From NCBI GenBank assembly GCA_020346325.1, contig CP070782.1:1946361-2010360 (forward strand): a stretch of 64,000 nt of DNA, read 5' to 3'. Shown in pieces: positions 54,780 to 64,000 of this stretch. The stretch's first letter is position 1. Each line of letters starts with the position of its first letter. Made by a program: the position numbers and the translations under genes. The DNA comes from Phycisphaerales bacterium. GTDB taxonomy: Bacteria; Planctomycetota; Phycisphaerae; Sedimentisphaerales; Anaerobacaceae. The notes below the pieces were generated by a model. The model was not told the origin of the DNA and did no database searches. It worked only from the letters and a program-made list of their open reading frames with translations.

Positions 54780-55229
54780 GTGGCCATCAAGATCTCGAAG
54801 AAATGCCACTACGCATTACGCGCGGTTTTCGAGCTTGCTGCGCGTCGGACGGCGACCCCCGTCGCGGTGGGCCAGATCGCCGATGCGCAGAGGATTCCCC
54901 CGCGCTTCCTCGAGGGCATTCTCAACCAACTGCGCCAAGCGGGCCTGGTCGTCTCCCACCGGGGCAACTCGGGCGGATACACGTTGGCCACACCGCCGGA
55001 GGCCATCACGGTCGCCCACGTGATCGAGGCTGTACAGGGACCGATTTCCGTGGCCGCCGTGAAGAAGGGCCAGTCGTGCGGATACATCGCCGGAGACGCG
55101 GCTTTCGAACAATTCTGGGAGACCCTGGACGCATCGATGGCCGAGTGCTGTGGGCAGACCAGCTTCGCCGACCTGATGAGATGGGAGGTGCGAAGTGAAC
55201 GGCGCCCCGTCTTGGATTACGTGATCTGA
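54780..55229 (+). CDS. Rrf2-family regulator, CymR-like
   Basis: YALRAVFELA, IPPRFLEGILNQLRQAGLV.S.RG..GGY.L. No IscR three-Cys motif. C-terminal DYVI; leads the cys operon. Confidence 0.9.
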   Translation: MAIKISKKCHYALRAVFELAARRTATPVAVGQIADAQRIPPRFLEGILNQLRQAGLVVSHRGNSGGYTLATPPEAITVAHVIEAVQGPISVAAVKKGQSCGYIAGDAAFEQFWETLDASMAECCGQTSFADLMRWEVRSERRPVLDYVI

Positions 55230-55298
55230 GCAGCCGGCAATCCTCTATTGGCTTCCAACCACACAGAGTAGATCTGCAGGGATACGGGATACATCGAG

Positions 55299-55520
55299 AT
55301 GGAATCACATTGGCGAAGCATAGCGAAGGCGATAACATGGCGTTCCGGCGGGACCGTCGTGACGATCCTGGTCGCCTGGGTGGTAACGGGCAAACCCACG
55401 CTGTCACTGAGCATCGGCGTGATAGACAGCGTGGTCAAGATTGGCGCTTTCTACGTGCACGAGCGTATCTGGAATCGATTCAGTTTCGGGCAGCTCAAAC
55501 CACCGGAATATCAGATTTGA
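55299..55520 (+). CDS. DUF2061-family small membrane protein
   Basis: ESHWRSIAKAITWR...YVHERIW. Confidence 0.85.
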   Translation: MESHWRSIAKAITWRSGGTVVTILVAWVVTGKPTLSLSIGVIDSVVKIGAFYVHERIWNRFSFGQLKPPEYQI

Positions 55521-55574
55521 CGACCGCAGGCTGCGGCATGTTAATCGTAACATGAGATGGGAGGATTCGCCTCT

Positions 55575-56720
55575 ATGCCCCGACCCGCAACCAGAGCAGT
55601 GCATGGCAGCGACCGGAAGGATACGACCTTCAATTCGGTGATGACACCGCTCTATCCCTCGTCGACCTTCTACTTCGACAGACTCGGCGAGAACAAAGGT
55701 TTCGACTACACCCGCAGCGGCAATCCGACGCGGCGTGTCCTGGAGGATACACTGGCCTCGCTGGAAGGAGGCTCCGCTTGTGTGTGCACGGCGACCGGCA
55801 TGGCAGCGGTGGTCGGCGTGCTGCACCTGCTCAAACCGGGCGACCACGTGATCACAGGCAATGACATTTATGGCGGTTCGTATCGGCTCATGCACGAGGT
55901 GTTCAGTCGCTACGACATCCGCTTCGATTTTCTCGACATGACGGACCCGGAGAATGTTCGCAGCGCGCTGGCAGACAATACCGCGCTGATCTGGATCGAG
56001 ACCCCTTCGAATCCCATGCTGCGTCTGGTGGACATCCAAGCCATAACCGCTATCGCTCGCGAGCGGCAGATCCTTGCCGCCGTGGACAACACGTTCATGT
56101 CCCCGTATTTCCAGCGACCATTCGAGCTGGGCGCGGACATCATCGTCCATTCCACGACCAAGTATATCAACGGACACAGCGACGTCGTCGGTGGCGCGAT
56201 CATAACGAACCGGCCCGATCTGGATGAGAGAATCGCCTTTATTACCAATGCCTGCGGACTCACCGAATCTCCCTGGGACGCCTGGCTGGTCCTGCGCGGC
56301 GTGCAATCCTTGGCGCAGCGGATGGAGGCCCATGCGGCCACCGCCGCGAAGATCGCCATGTACCTGAATCAACATCCCAAAGTCAAACAGACATACTACC
56401 CCGGTCTGGAGTCGCACCCGCAGATCGACCTGGCCCGGAAGCAGATGTCAGGATTCGGAGGCATGGTTTCATTTGACATCGAAGCCGACAAGGGCAAACT
56501 CGACACGTTCTTCAGTGCCCTGCGCTATTTCAAACTGGCCGAATCCCTGGGAGGCGTCGAGTCTCTGATCGAGTCGCCCTGGTACATGAGCCACACCTCC
56601 ATGTCGGAGCAGGCCCGACGAGACGCCGGGATCAAGCCGGGGACGATCAGAGTCTCGGTGGGCCTCGAGCATGCCGACGATCTGATCGAAGACCTGGAGC
56701 ACGGCCTAAGCACAATCTGA
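55575..56720 (+). CDS. metB: Cystathionine gamma-synthase/lyase (Cys/Met PLP family)
   Basis: YTRSGNPT, YGGSYR, ETPSNP, VDNTF, HSTTKYINGHSD, AESLGGVESL, RVSVGLE. Confidence 0.88.
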   Translation: MPRPATRAVHGSDRKDTTFNSVMTPLYPSSTFYFDRLGENKGFDYTRSGNPTRRVLEDTLASLEGGSACVCTATGMAAVVGVLHLLKPGDHVITGNDIYGGSYRLMHEVFSRYDIRFDFLDMTDPENVRSALADNTALIWIETPSNPMLRLVDIQAITAIARERQILAAVDNTFMSPYFQRPFELGADIIVHSTTKYINGHSDVVGGAIITNRPDLDERIAFITNACGLTESPWDAWLVLRGVQSLAQRMEAHAATAAKIAMYLNQHPKVKQTYYPGLESHPQIDLARKQMSGFGGMVSFDIEADKGKLDTFFSALRYFKLAESLGGVESLIESPWYMSHTSMSEQARRDAGIKPGTIRVSVGLEHADDLIEDLEHGLSTI

Positions 56721-56749
56721 ACTGTCTCTGATTGAGTTAGGAAGGACAT

Positions 56750-57682
56750 ATGGTGGAAGCCATTCATGCCAATGTGTGTGAGCTGATCGGCAACACGCCT
56801 CTGATCCAACTCGACCGGTTTGCCCGCCATGTGGAAGCGGAACTGGTGGTCAAAATGGAGGCATTCAACCCCGGCTCGAGCGTGAAGGACCGGATCGCCT
56901 TGGCCATGATCGAGGCGGCAGAAGAAGAAGGTCTGCTCCCGCAGGGATCCACGATCATCGAGCCCACCTCCGGCAATACCGGGATCGGCCTGGCCATGGT
57001 TGCCGCGGTCAAAGGCTATGCAATCATCCTGGTGATGCCCGAATCGATGAGCGTGGAGCGGCGCAAGCTCCTCCAGGGCCTCGGCGCCGAACTGGTGCTC
57101 ACGCCGGCCCAGGAGGGCATGGAGGGCGCGGTGAATCGGGCCCAGAAACTCGCCGAGAAGATCCCGCACAGCTTCGTGCCGCAGCAATTCAAGAACGCGG
57201 CCAACCCGCAGATCCACTACCAAACCACGGCCGAGGAAATCTGGCGCGATACAGGGGGAAGGCTGGACATCTTCGTCGCGGGCGTCGGAACCGGAGGCAC
57301 CGTTTCGGGCAGCGGGCAGTTCTTCAAGGAAAAGGACCCCGACATACAAGTCGTGGCGGTGGAACCCAGTGAATCGCCCGTGCTGTCGGGCGGAGAAGCA
57401 GGCCCCCACATGATACAGGGGATCGGCGCCGGGTTTGTCCCTGATATCCTGAACCGCGATGTCATCGACGAGGTAGTCAAAGTCAGGAGCCAGGATGCGA
57501 TCGCAGCCGCCAAGGACCTGATCCGACTCGAAGGGCTTCTGGTGGGCATTTCCGCGGGGGCGAACGCCTTTGCCGCCCGCGAAATCGCGCAGCGGCCTGC
57601 GAACAAAGGCAAGCGTGTTGTCACGATCATGTGCGATACGAGCGAACGCTATTTGTCGACCTTGCTGTACTACGAGGATTGA
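56750..57682 (+). CDS. cysK: Cysteine synthase A
   Basis: IGNTPL, NPGSSVKDRIA, EPTSGNTGIGLA, GVGTGGT, IQGIGAGF, ERYLST. Confidence 0.96.
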   Translation: MVEAIHANVCELIGNTPLIQLDRFARHVEAELVVKMEAFNPGSSVKDRIALAMIEAAEEEGLLPQGSTIIEPTSGNTGIGLAMVAAVKGYAIILVMPESMSVERRKLLQGLGAELVLTPAQEGMEGAVNRAQKLAEKIPHSFVPQQFKNAANPQIHYQTTAEEIWRDTGGRLDIFVAGVGTGGTVSGSGQFFKEKDPDIQVVAVEPSESPVLSGGEAGPHMIQGIGAGFVPDILNRDVIDEVVKVRSQDAIAAAKDLIRLEGLLVGISAGANAFAAREIAQRPANKGKRVVTIMCDTSERYLSTLLYYED

Positions 57683-57685
57683 GAT

Positions 57686-59266
57686 ATGCAACGCCAACTC
57701 ACATTCAAGCGCGTCAGCGAGGACGAAGAGATCAAGGCCGCCGGGCTGAATATCGACTTCGACGAGATCGCCAAGAAAGGGAGCATGTCGAAGGAGGAAG
57801 GCCTCATCGCCAAGTGGTACGGCGTCTACGGCTCCCGGCAGCCGGGCAACCTCATGACGCGCATGGCCATTCCCGGGGGCCTCATCACGGCCGCCCAGGC
57901 GCGGCAGATCGCCGACACGGCTGAGCACTACGCCCAGGGCAACATCAATATCACCACGCGCACGGCGCTACAATACCACTGGGTCAAGATCAAGAACGTG
58001 CCGCTGCTGCTGCGCGAGCTGCGCGAAGAGGGGATTTCGACCTTCCACGGCTGCGGAGACGTGGCGCGCAACGTAGCGGCCTGCCAGATGGCGGAGAACT
58101 GTCCCCATCGCGTGTTCGATGTGCGCCCCTATGCCATTGAATGCGCCAAGTTCATCGCGAGTTGTCGGGACCTGGACAACTTGCCGCGCAAGTACAAGAT
58201 CAATTGGTCCGGTTGCACCGCCGGCTGCGCCCAGCCCTACATGAACTGCCTGGGAATTATGGCCATCCGCTGCCGGATCGATGGCCACGAAGAGACCGGG
58301 TTCAAGGCCGTGATCGGGGGCGGTATGGGCTGGCAAGGCTTCGTGGCCCAGGACCTGTTCTCCTTCGTACCGAAGGATCGAATGGTGGCCGTGGCCCGGG
58401 CTGTGGGCCTGCTGTTCCGCGACCATGGCGACCGCTACAACCGCTCGAAGGCCCGGCTCAAATTCGTGGTCCACCGCAAGGGCATCGAGGAATGCCGACG
58501 CATCGTGCTGGAGAATCTGCGCCAGGAAAAAGTCTCGACAGACGGGATCCTCAGCGAACCTGTTGAGGAACTGACGCCGCCCCTGCCGGAACGTCCGCTG
58601 GTCGACAGTGAGCTCGAAAAGATGGAAGGCCCTGCCGTGGTCCGCATCCGAATTCCGAAAGGAGAGATGACGGCCGCGCAGTTACGGCGCGTCGCCGAGC
58701 TGTCGGAGATGTACGGCGATCAGCGCGTCTACACCACCAATCGTCAGAATCTCGAGTTGCACGGGATCGAGCCGGAGAAGGTTCGGGCCGCGCGGGAGGA
58801 AGTGCACAAGCTGGGCTTGTCTGCCGAGGGCGTCTCAGGCCTGCGCGACATCGTCCCCTGCGTGGGCAAGACCTATTGCCCTAAGGCCGTCTCCACGACC
58901 CGAGATCTGTACGACCTGCTCATGCCGGTCATTTCCCAGGACAGATTCCGCGATATCGATGAATATGTCACGGTCAATATCACGGGCTGTCCGAATTCGT
59001 GTTCGCCGTATCGCATCACGGACATCGGTTTCCGCGGCATGCGCATTCGCGAGGAACAGGGCTCGGTCGAAGGGTATGAGATGCTCATCGGAGGCGACCA
59101 GAAAGCGCACGGGCAGAAGCTCGGAGATTTCAAGGTGGAGGATTGCCCTGCCATCGTCGAGACTGTGTTAACGACCTTTCAAAAGCTGCGCCACAACGAT
59201 GAAACGCTGACCGCTTGTGTGAATCGAGTCGGCACAGAGCCGTTCCGGGAGGCTGTTTACTCATGA
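57686..59266 (+). CDS. sir: Siroheme sulfite/nitrite reductase hemoprotein (ferredoxin type)
   Basis: KWYGVY, ITTR..Q, LPRKYK, TNRQN, CVGKTYC...TGCPNSC; cys operon context. Confidence 0.85.
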   Translation: MQRQLTFKRVSEDEEIKAAGLNIDFDEIAKKGSMSKEEGLIAKWYGVYGSRQPGNLMTRMAIPGGLITAAQARQIADTAEHYAQGNINITTRTALQYHWVKIKNVPLLLRELREEGISTFHGCGDVARNVAACQMAENCPHRVFDVRPYAIECAKFIASCRDLDNLPRKYKINWSGCTAGCAQPYMNCLGIMAIRCRIDGHEETGFKAVIGGGMGWQGFVAQDLFSFVPKDRMVAVARAVGLLFRDHGDRYNRSKARLKFVVHRKGIEECRRIVLENLRQEKVSTDGILSEPVEELTPPLPERPLVDSELEKMEGPAVVRIRIPKGEMTAAQLRRVAELSEMYGDQRVYTTNRQNLELHGIEPEKVRAAREEVHKLGLSAEGVSGLRDIVPCVGKTYCPKAVSTTRDLYDLLMPVISQDRFRDIDEYVTVNITGCPNSCSPYRITDIGFRGMRIREEQGSVEGYEMLIGGDQKAHGQKLGDFKVEDCPAIVETVLTTFQKLRHNDETLTACVNRVGTEPFREAVYS

Positions 59267-61041
59267 AATACGAGTACGAAAAAGCACCGGAGCTCCGTGA
59301 GTATTCGGCCGAGCAAGGCAAGGTTGATGCTCCAAGGGACAAAAAAATCATTGCCAAGGACATTCCCTGCCAGGAGGCCTGTCCGGCCAAGACCAATGTC
59401 CCGCTCTACATCGAGCACCTGATCCACGGCGATCCCGAAGCCTCGTACCGGGTCAATCTGGAGTGCAACGTCTTTCCCGGCGTGCTCGGACGCATCTGCA
59501 CCCGTCCGTGCGAGGACCGCTGCCGGCACAACTGGACCAACGTCAACGGCCCGGTGACGATTTGCCATCTGAAGCGCGCTGCCGCCGACGGTGCATCGGA
59601 AACAGTCGAACCGCCCGCTCCTTACTTCGAGGCCTCGGGCAAGAGAGTCGCCGTGGTCGGTGGCGGGCCCGCGGGGCTCACCACCGCTCGGGAGCTGAGA
59701 CGTCTGGGCCACGATGTCACCCTGTTCGAACGTCAGGAGCATCTCGGTGGCATGATGCGCTACGGCATCCCTCGCTTTCGGCTCCCGGAGGATGTCGTGG
59801 AGAAGGAGATCGACCTTATTCTCAGAACCGGCGTCACGGCATACACCGGCGTCGATGTGGACAGCGCCAAGTTGCAGCAGTTGATCGAGGAATACGACGC
59901 CGTCTGTATCGCCGCGGGTACCATGAAGGTTAAACCTCTCGATATCCCGGGCGTACCGCCGGACGCGATCATCCCCGGCCTGGATTTCATGGCGCAATAC
60001 AACACCGGAAAGATTGCGAGCCTGGAAGGTGACGTGGTCGTCATCGGGGGCGGCTTCACCGCCGTGGACTGCTCGCGCTCCAGCGCCCGGGCCGCCCGCC
60101 GCCTGCTCGGCGAGGCTGACGACGTCACGATCGTGTACCGCCGCACCGAACAATTCATGGCGGCCAACAAAGACGAACTCGAAGAAATCAGCCGCGAGAA
60201 CATCAACATCCGGACCCTGGCGACGCCGATCGGTGGTACGGCCAAGAATGGCAAGCTCCAATCCGTCACGTTTACGCGCAACATGGTCGCCCCGGGCACT
60301 GAGAACGGCAAGGTCAAGATCGTGCCCGTGCCGGACAGCGCCTTCGAGATTCCGTGCACCCACCTGATCGTGGCTATCGGCCAGACCCAGGAGTTCGACA
60401 TCCTGCCCCCGGGCGTCTCGCCGACCGAGGGCTTTAGAACCAGCCACGACAAGGTCTTCGTCACCGGCGACTTCGCCACCGGCAGCGACAACGTCATCAA
60501 GGCCGTGGCCAACGGTAGAGCCGTGGCACGCGAGATGGACGCACAACTGATGGGTCGGGATCGCCTGCGCGACGTTGTGGAACTCCAGCCCATCGATAAC
60601 GACGGCGACACGGGACGCGTGCGCGACCATGACCTTGCCACCCGTTGTGCCATGCCCTTGACACCCGTGCCACAACGGGCGCACGACAACCAGGAGGTCG
60701 AGACGGGATTCACGCCGGAAGGTACGTGCGTCAATGCGCTGCGCTGCTATCTCTGTCACTACAAGTTCGAGATCAATCAGGACAAGTGCATCCACTGCGA
60801 CTGGTGCATTCAGGCCGCGCCGCGCGATTGCATCAAGCGCGTCTCTCGTATCTTCTACGATGAGGACGACGTCGTCGAAACCGTCGTCGAGGCCAACCTC
60901 GCGCACGAGGCCACCTACATCTGGATCGACAGCGACGAGTGCATCCGCTGCGGCAAGTGCCTGCGCGTATGCCCGACCGAGGCTATTTCCATGAAGAGGG
61001 CCGGTTTGACCGTGGAGAAGAACCATGATAACGACTCCTGA
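59263..61041 (+). CDS. GltD/DsrL-like FAD/NAD(P)H oxidoreductase with N- and C-terminal Fe-S domains
   Basis: PCQEACP, GRICTRPCE..C, GGGPAG, GGMMRYGIP.FRL, GGGFTAVD, YRR, RCYLC, CIHCDWCIQA, CIRCGKCLRVCP. Confidence 0.85.
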   Translation: MKYEYEKAPELREYSAEQGKVDAPRDKKIIAKDIPCQEACPAKTNVPLYIEHLIHGDPEASYRVNLECNVFPGVLGRICTRPCEDRCRHNWTNVNGPVTICHLKRAAADGASETVEPPAPYFEASGKRVAVVGGGPAGLTTARELRRLGHDVTLFERQEHLGGMMRYGIPRFRLPEDVVEKEIDLILRTGVTAYTGVDVDSAKLQQLIEEYDAVCIAAGTMKVKPLDIPGVPPDAIIPGLDFMAQYNTGKIASLEGDVVVIGGGFTAVDCSRSSARAARRLLGEADDVTIVYRRTEQFMAANKDELEEISRENINIRTLATPIGGTAKNGKLQSVTFTRNMVAPGTENGKVKIVPVPDSAFEIPCTHLIVAIGQTQEFDILPPGVSPTEGFRTSHDKVFVTGDFATGSDNVIKAVANGRAVAREMDAQLMGRDRLRDVVELQPIDNDGDTGRVRDHDLATRCAMPLTPVPQRAHDNQEVETGFTPEGTCVNALRCYLCHYKFEINQDKCIHCDWCIQAAPRDCIKRVSRIFYDEDDVVETVVEANLAHEATYIWIDSDECIRCGKCLRVCPTEAISMKRAGLTVEKNHDNDS

Positions 61042-61053
61042 CGAGGTCGGAAT

Positions 61054-61815
61054 ATGAACCACAGCCCGCGCCTTGCTGTGGCAGAATTGACAGAAGCGAC
61101 CAAAGGGCTTGACGCCTTGCAGTTGCTCGGCCACGTAGTGAAACAATTCGGCGACCAGGTCGCTCTGGCATCCAGTCTTGGGGCCGAAGACCAGGTCTTG
61201 ACGGACATGCTCTGCAAGATCTGCGACAAGCCCAGGATCTTCACGCTGGATACGGGCCGGCTCCCCGAAGAGACGTACGAGGTCATCACGACCACCCGCG
61301 AGAAATACGGCATCGCGATAGACATCCTGTTTCCCGACCGGCAGCAGGTCGAGGAAATGGTCAACGCGCACGGCCCGAATCTCTTCTATGAAAGCGTCGA
61401 AGCACGCCAGCGCTGCTGTCGAATTCGCAAGATCGAACCGTTGAAGCGCGTGCTAAGCAATCTCCAGGCGTGGATCTGTGGCCTACGTGAGGAGCAATCG
61501 ATGACGCGGACCGGCCTGCAACGCGTCGAATGGGATGAGACATTTGGCCTGCTGAAGATCTCACCGCTGGCCGACTGGACCACCACACAGGTCTGGGACT
61601 ACATCAGAGCAAATGACGTGCCGTACAACAGGCTCCACGACCAGGGGTACCCCAGCATCGGCTGCGCGCCCTGCACGCGCGCGGTCGCTGCGGGCGAGGA
61701 CATTCGCTCAGGCCGCTGGTGGTGGGAGCAGCCGGAACACAAGGAATGCGGACTCCATTGGAAAGAACTCGAAGACAAAGGCAATAAGGAGGTCCGACAC
61801 CATGGATCAGCTTGA
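61054..61815 (+). CDS. cysH: APS/PAPS reductase, [4Fe-4S] APS type
   Basis: [38 protein letters not shown]. Confidence 0.95.
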   Translation: MNHSPRLAVAELTEATKGLDALQLLGHVVKQFGDQVALASSLGAEDQVLTDMLCKICDKPRIFTLDTGRLPEETYEVITTTREKYGIAIDILFPDRQQVEEMVNAHGPNLFYESVEARQRCCRIRKIEPLKRVLSNLQAWICGLREEQSMTRTGLQRVEWDETFGLLKISPLADWTTTQVWDYIRANDVPYNRLHDQGYPSIGCAPCTRAVAAGEDIRSGRWWWEQPEHKECGLHWKELEDKGNKEVRHHGSA

Positions 61816-62683
61816 GACATTGGAGTCTCAGAGCATTTTCATCTTGCGCGAAGCCTACCGCAGTTTTCAAAACCTGGTCATGCTCTGGTCGATCGGCAAG
61901 GACAGCACCGTGCTGCTGTGGCTGGCGCGCAAGGCCTTCTTCGGCCACGCCCCCATCCCGCTGCTGCACATCGACACGTCGTACAAGATCCCGGAGATGA
62001 TCGAGTACCGCGACCGCTTCGCCCGCGAGTGGAAACTCAACCTCATCGTGGGGCAGAACGTCGAAGCCCTCAAGGCCAAGCAGACGTTCCCCGACAGCAA
62101 TGCCACGCGGCTACAATGCTGCGGTCGCCTCAAGAGCGAAGCCCTCAAACACACGCTCAGCGGCGAGTGGCCCCGCCGGGTGTTGAACCATGAAACGGGT
62201 GAATACGACATCGTCGAAGGCGGTGAACCGTTCACCGGGGTGATCGTCGGCGCACGGGCCGACGAAGAAGGCAGCCGTAGCAAGGAGCGCTACTTCTCGC
62301 CCCGCGACCAGCACAACGAATGGGACGTGAGTGAACAGCCGCTGGAATTGTGGAACCAGTTTAAGACCGACTTCGCCCCGGGCACGCACGTGCGCATTCA
62401 TCCGCTGCTGGACTGGACGGAGCTGAACATCTGGGAATACATCGAGCGGGAGAACATCCCGATCATCGGCCTGTACTTCGATCGCGGGGGCGGCAAGCGC
62501 TATCGCTCGCTCGGCTGCTTCCCGTGCACCTTCCCGGTGGAATCGACCGCCAAGAACGTCAGCGAGATCGTCGAGGAGCTGCGCAGCGGCAAGTTCTCCA
62601 ACATCGCCGAGCGCTCCGGCCGGGCCCAGGACAAGGAAGACTTCAGCGGGCTGGAAACCTTACGCCGGGACGGCTACATGTAG
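61802..62683 (+). CDS. cysD: Sulfate adenylyltransferase subunit 2
   Basis: [55 protein letters not shown]. Start at ATG 61802. Confidence 0.95.
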   Translation: MDQLETLESQSIFILREAYRSFQNLVMLWSIGKDSTVLLWLARKAFFGHAPIPLLHIDTSYKIPEMIEYRDRFAREWKLNLIVGQNVEALKAKQTFPDSNATRLQCCGRLKSEALKHTLSGEWPRRVLNHETGEYDIVEGGEPFTGVIVGARADEEGSRSKERYFSPRDQHNEWDVSEQPLELWNQFKTDFAPGTHVRIHPLLDWTELNIWEYIERENIPIIGLYFDRGGGKRYRSLGCFPCTFPVESTAKNVSEIVEELRSGKFSNIAERSGRAQDKEDFSGLETLRRDGYM

Positions 62684-62735
62684 ACGTGATGATGACACCC
62701 GCCCGCCGCGGCCAGCAAGGAGAAGTCACCACCTC

Positions 62736-64000
62736 ATGAGCAAATCGACCAGAGAGCAGATGAATATCGTCGTCATCGGTCACGTCGACCATGGCAAGAG
62801 CACGGTCATCGGCCGACTGATGGCCGACACCCATTCGCTTCCGGAAGGCAAGCTGGAGCAGGTCAAGGCCCGCTGCGCCCGCGACGCCCGGCCCTTCGAA
62901 TACGCCTTTCTGCTGGATGCCCTCAAAGACGAGCAGGCCCAGGGCATCACCATCGATTCGGCCCGCTGCTTCTTCCGCTCGGCCCAGCGCGAATACATCA
63001 TCATCGACGCCCCGGGGCACATCGAATTCCTGCGCAACATGATCTCGGGCGCCGCGCGCGCCGAGGCCGCCCTGCTCATCATCGACGCCAAAGAAGGTGT
63101 CCAGGAGAATTCGCGCCGCCACGGGTATCTATTGAGCATGCTCGGCATCAGGCAGGTCGCAGTCTGCGTCAACAAGATGGACTTGGCCGACTACTCCCAA
63201 GCCGTGTTCGAATCCATCCGCGACGAATATCGTGCGTTCCTTCAGCAGATCGGCGTCGAAGCGCTGGACTTCATTCCTTGCAGTGCTCGCGAGGGGGACA
63301 ACATCGTCGCCAACTCCGACCGCATGCCCTGGTACCGGGGCCCGTCCACGCTCGATATCGTAGACAGCTTCGCCAAGGAGCAGGACACCATCGACAAGCC
63401 GTTCCGGTTCCCCGTCCAGGATGTCTACAAGTTCACCGAGTCGGGCGACGACCGCCGCATCGTAGCCGGCCGCATCGAAACCGGCAGTATCAACGTGGGC
63501 GACGAAGTGATCTTTCTCCCGTCGGGGAAACGCTCGAAGATCGCCTCGATCGAAGGCTTCAACGTGCCCGTCCAGACCGGGGCCTGCGCCGGTCAGTCCA
63601 CGGGCTTCACCCTCACCGAACAGGTCTACGTCAACCCGGGCGAGTTGATGTGCAAGGCCAGCGACACACCCGCCCAGACCGGCACGCATCTCGCGGTCAA
63701 CATCTTCTGGATGAACCGCCAGCCCATGATCTACAACAAGAAGTACAAGATCAAGCTGGCCGGCGCCCGCATGCCCGTCTGGCTGCGTGAGGTGGTCACC
63801 GTGCTCGATGCCTCCGAGCTGACCACCAACTCGAACCGCCAGCAGATCGAGCGGCACGACGTGGCCGAGTGCATCCTGGAGACACTTAAGCCCATCGCGT
63901 TCGACCTTACTACGGAGATCGCGCAGACGGGCCGCTTCGTAATCATCGACAACTACGAAATCGCCGGCGGCGGTGTCGTGCTCAAGGCCGTCGAAAGCGC
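62736..64000 (+). CDS. cysN: Sulfate adenylyltransferase GTPase subunit (runs off window)
   Basis: Not in the ORF track. Manual translation [23 protein letters not shown]...EQAQGITID...DAPGH...SRRH...NKMD...FRFPVQDV; follows cysD. Confidence 0.93.
   Translation, partial: MSKSTREQMNIVVIGHVDHGKSTVIGRLMADTHSLPEGKLEQVKARCARDARPFEYAFLLDALKDEQAQGITIDSARCFFRSAQREYIIIDAPGHIEFLRNMISGAARAEAALLIIDAKEGVQENSRRHGYLLSMLGIRQVAVCVNKMDLADYSQAVFESIRDEYRAFLQQIGVEALDFIPCSAREGDNIVANSDRMPWYRGPSTLDIVDSFAKEQDTIDKPFRFPVQDVYKFTESGDDRRIVAGRIETGSINVGDEVIFLPSGKRSKIASIEGFNVPVQTGACAGQSTGFTLTEQVYVNPGELMCKASDTPAQTGTHLAVNIFWMNRQPMIYNKKYKIKLAGARMPVWLREVVTVLDASELTTNSNRQQIERHDVAECILETLKPIAFDLTTEIAQTGRFVIIDNYEIAGGGVVLKAVES

Noticed and set aside
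59257-61371. 704-aa minus-strand ORF (also 42825-44624, 49747-50997, 56525-57928)
   Set aside because: Antisense mirrors of clear plus-strand genes.
1-64000. CRISPR arrays, tRNA/rRNA, transposases, integrases
   Set aside because: None seen. Repetition is explained by protein repeats (CxxCH, NHL, PQQ), so horizontal acquisition of the island cannot be claimed from this window.

Overview
GC-rich bacterial window, probably Planctomycetota/Phycisphaerae (inferred from gene style, not proven), with three blocks. (1) 1-37.7 kb is a respiratory island, almost all on the minus strand. It holds heme synthesis genes (ccsA/hemX-like, hemA, ahbC), two RegB-type sensor kinases, a sigma54 activator, an Rrf2 regulator, a polyprenyl synthase, and six multiheme c-cytochromes (about 52 CxxCH plus 6 CX3-4CH motifs by my count). 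These include a NapC/NirT-type protein, an OmcE-like tetraheme, an OmcE-fused 12-heme protein and a divergent tandem-duplicated decaheme. Two NHL propellers, a frameshifted outer-membrane beta-barrel, a Cys-type (System I*) Ccm maturation set and an Nqr-like operon whose A subunit keeps RnfC-type 2x[4Fe-4S] motifs complete the block. Together this looks like a complete NADH-quinone-periplasm-outer membrane-nanowire electron conduit, tied together by a repeated TTCYCA-N4-TGRGAA motif. (2) 38-54.6 kb is an uncharacterised operon: TAXI-TRAP transporter, thioesterase, three PQQ-like beta-propellers, an EhpF/EhpG-like adenylation/reduction pair, chorismate lyase, flavin halogenase, DMT-like membrane protein, aryl-CoA ligase and DUF3179. 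It probably makes a small (halo)aromatic metabolite or cofactor. (3) 54.7-64 kb is a sulfate-assimilation/cysteine operon: CymR-like Rrf2, DUF2061, metB, cysK, sulfite reductase, DsrL/GltD-like reductase, cysH, cysD, cysN. I saw no rRNA, tRNA, CRISPR array or mobile element. All family calls come from motif recognition, without database searches.
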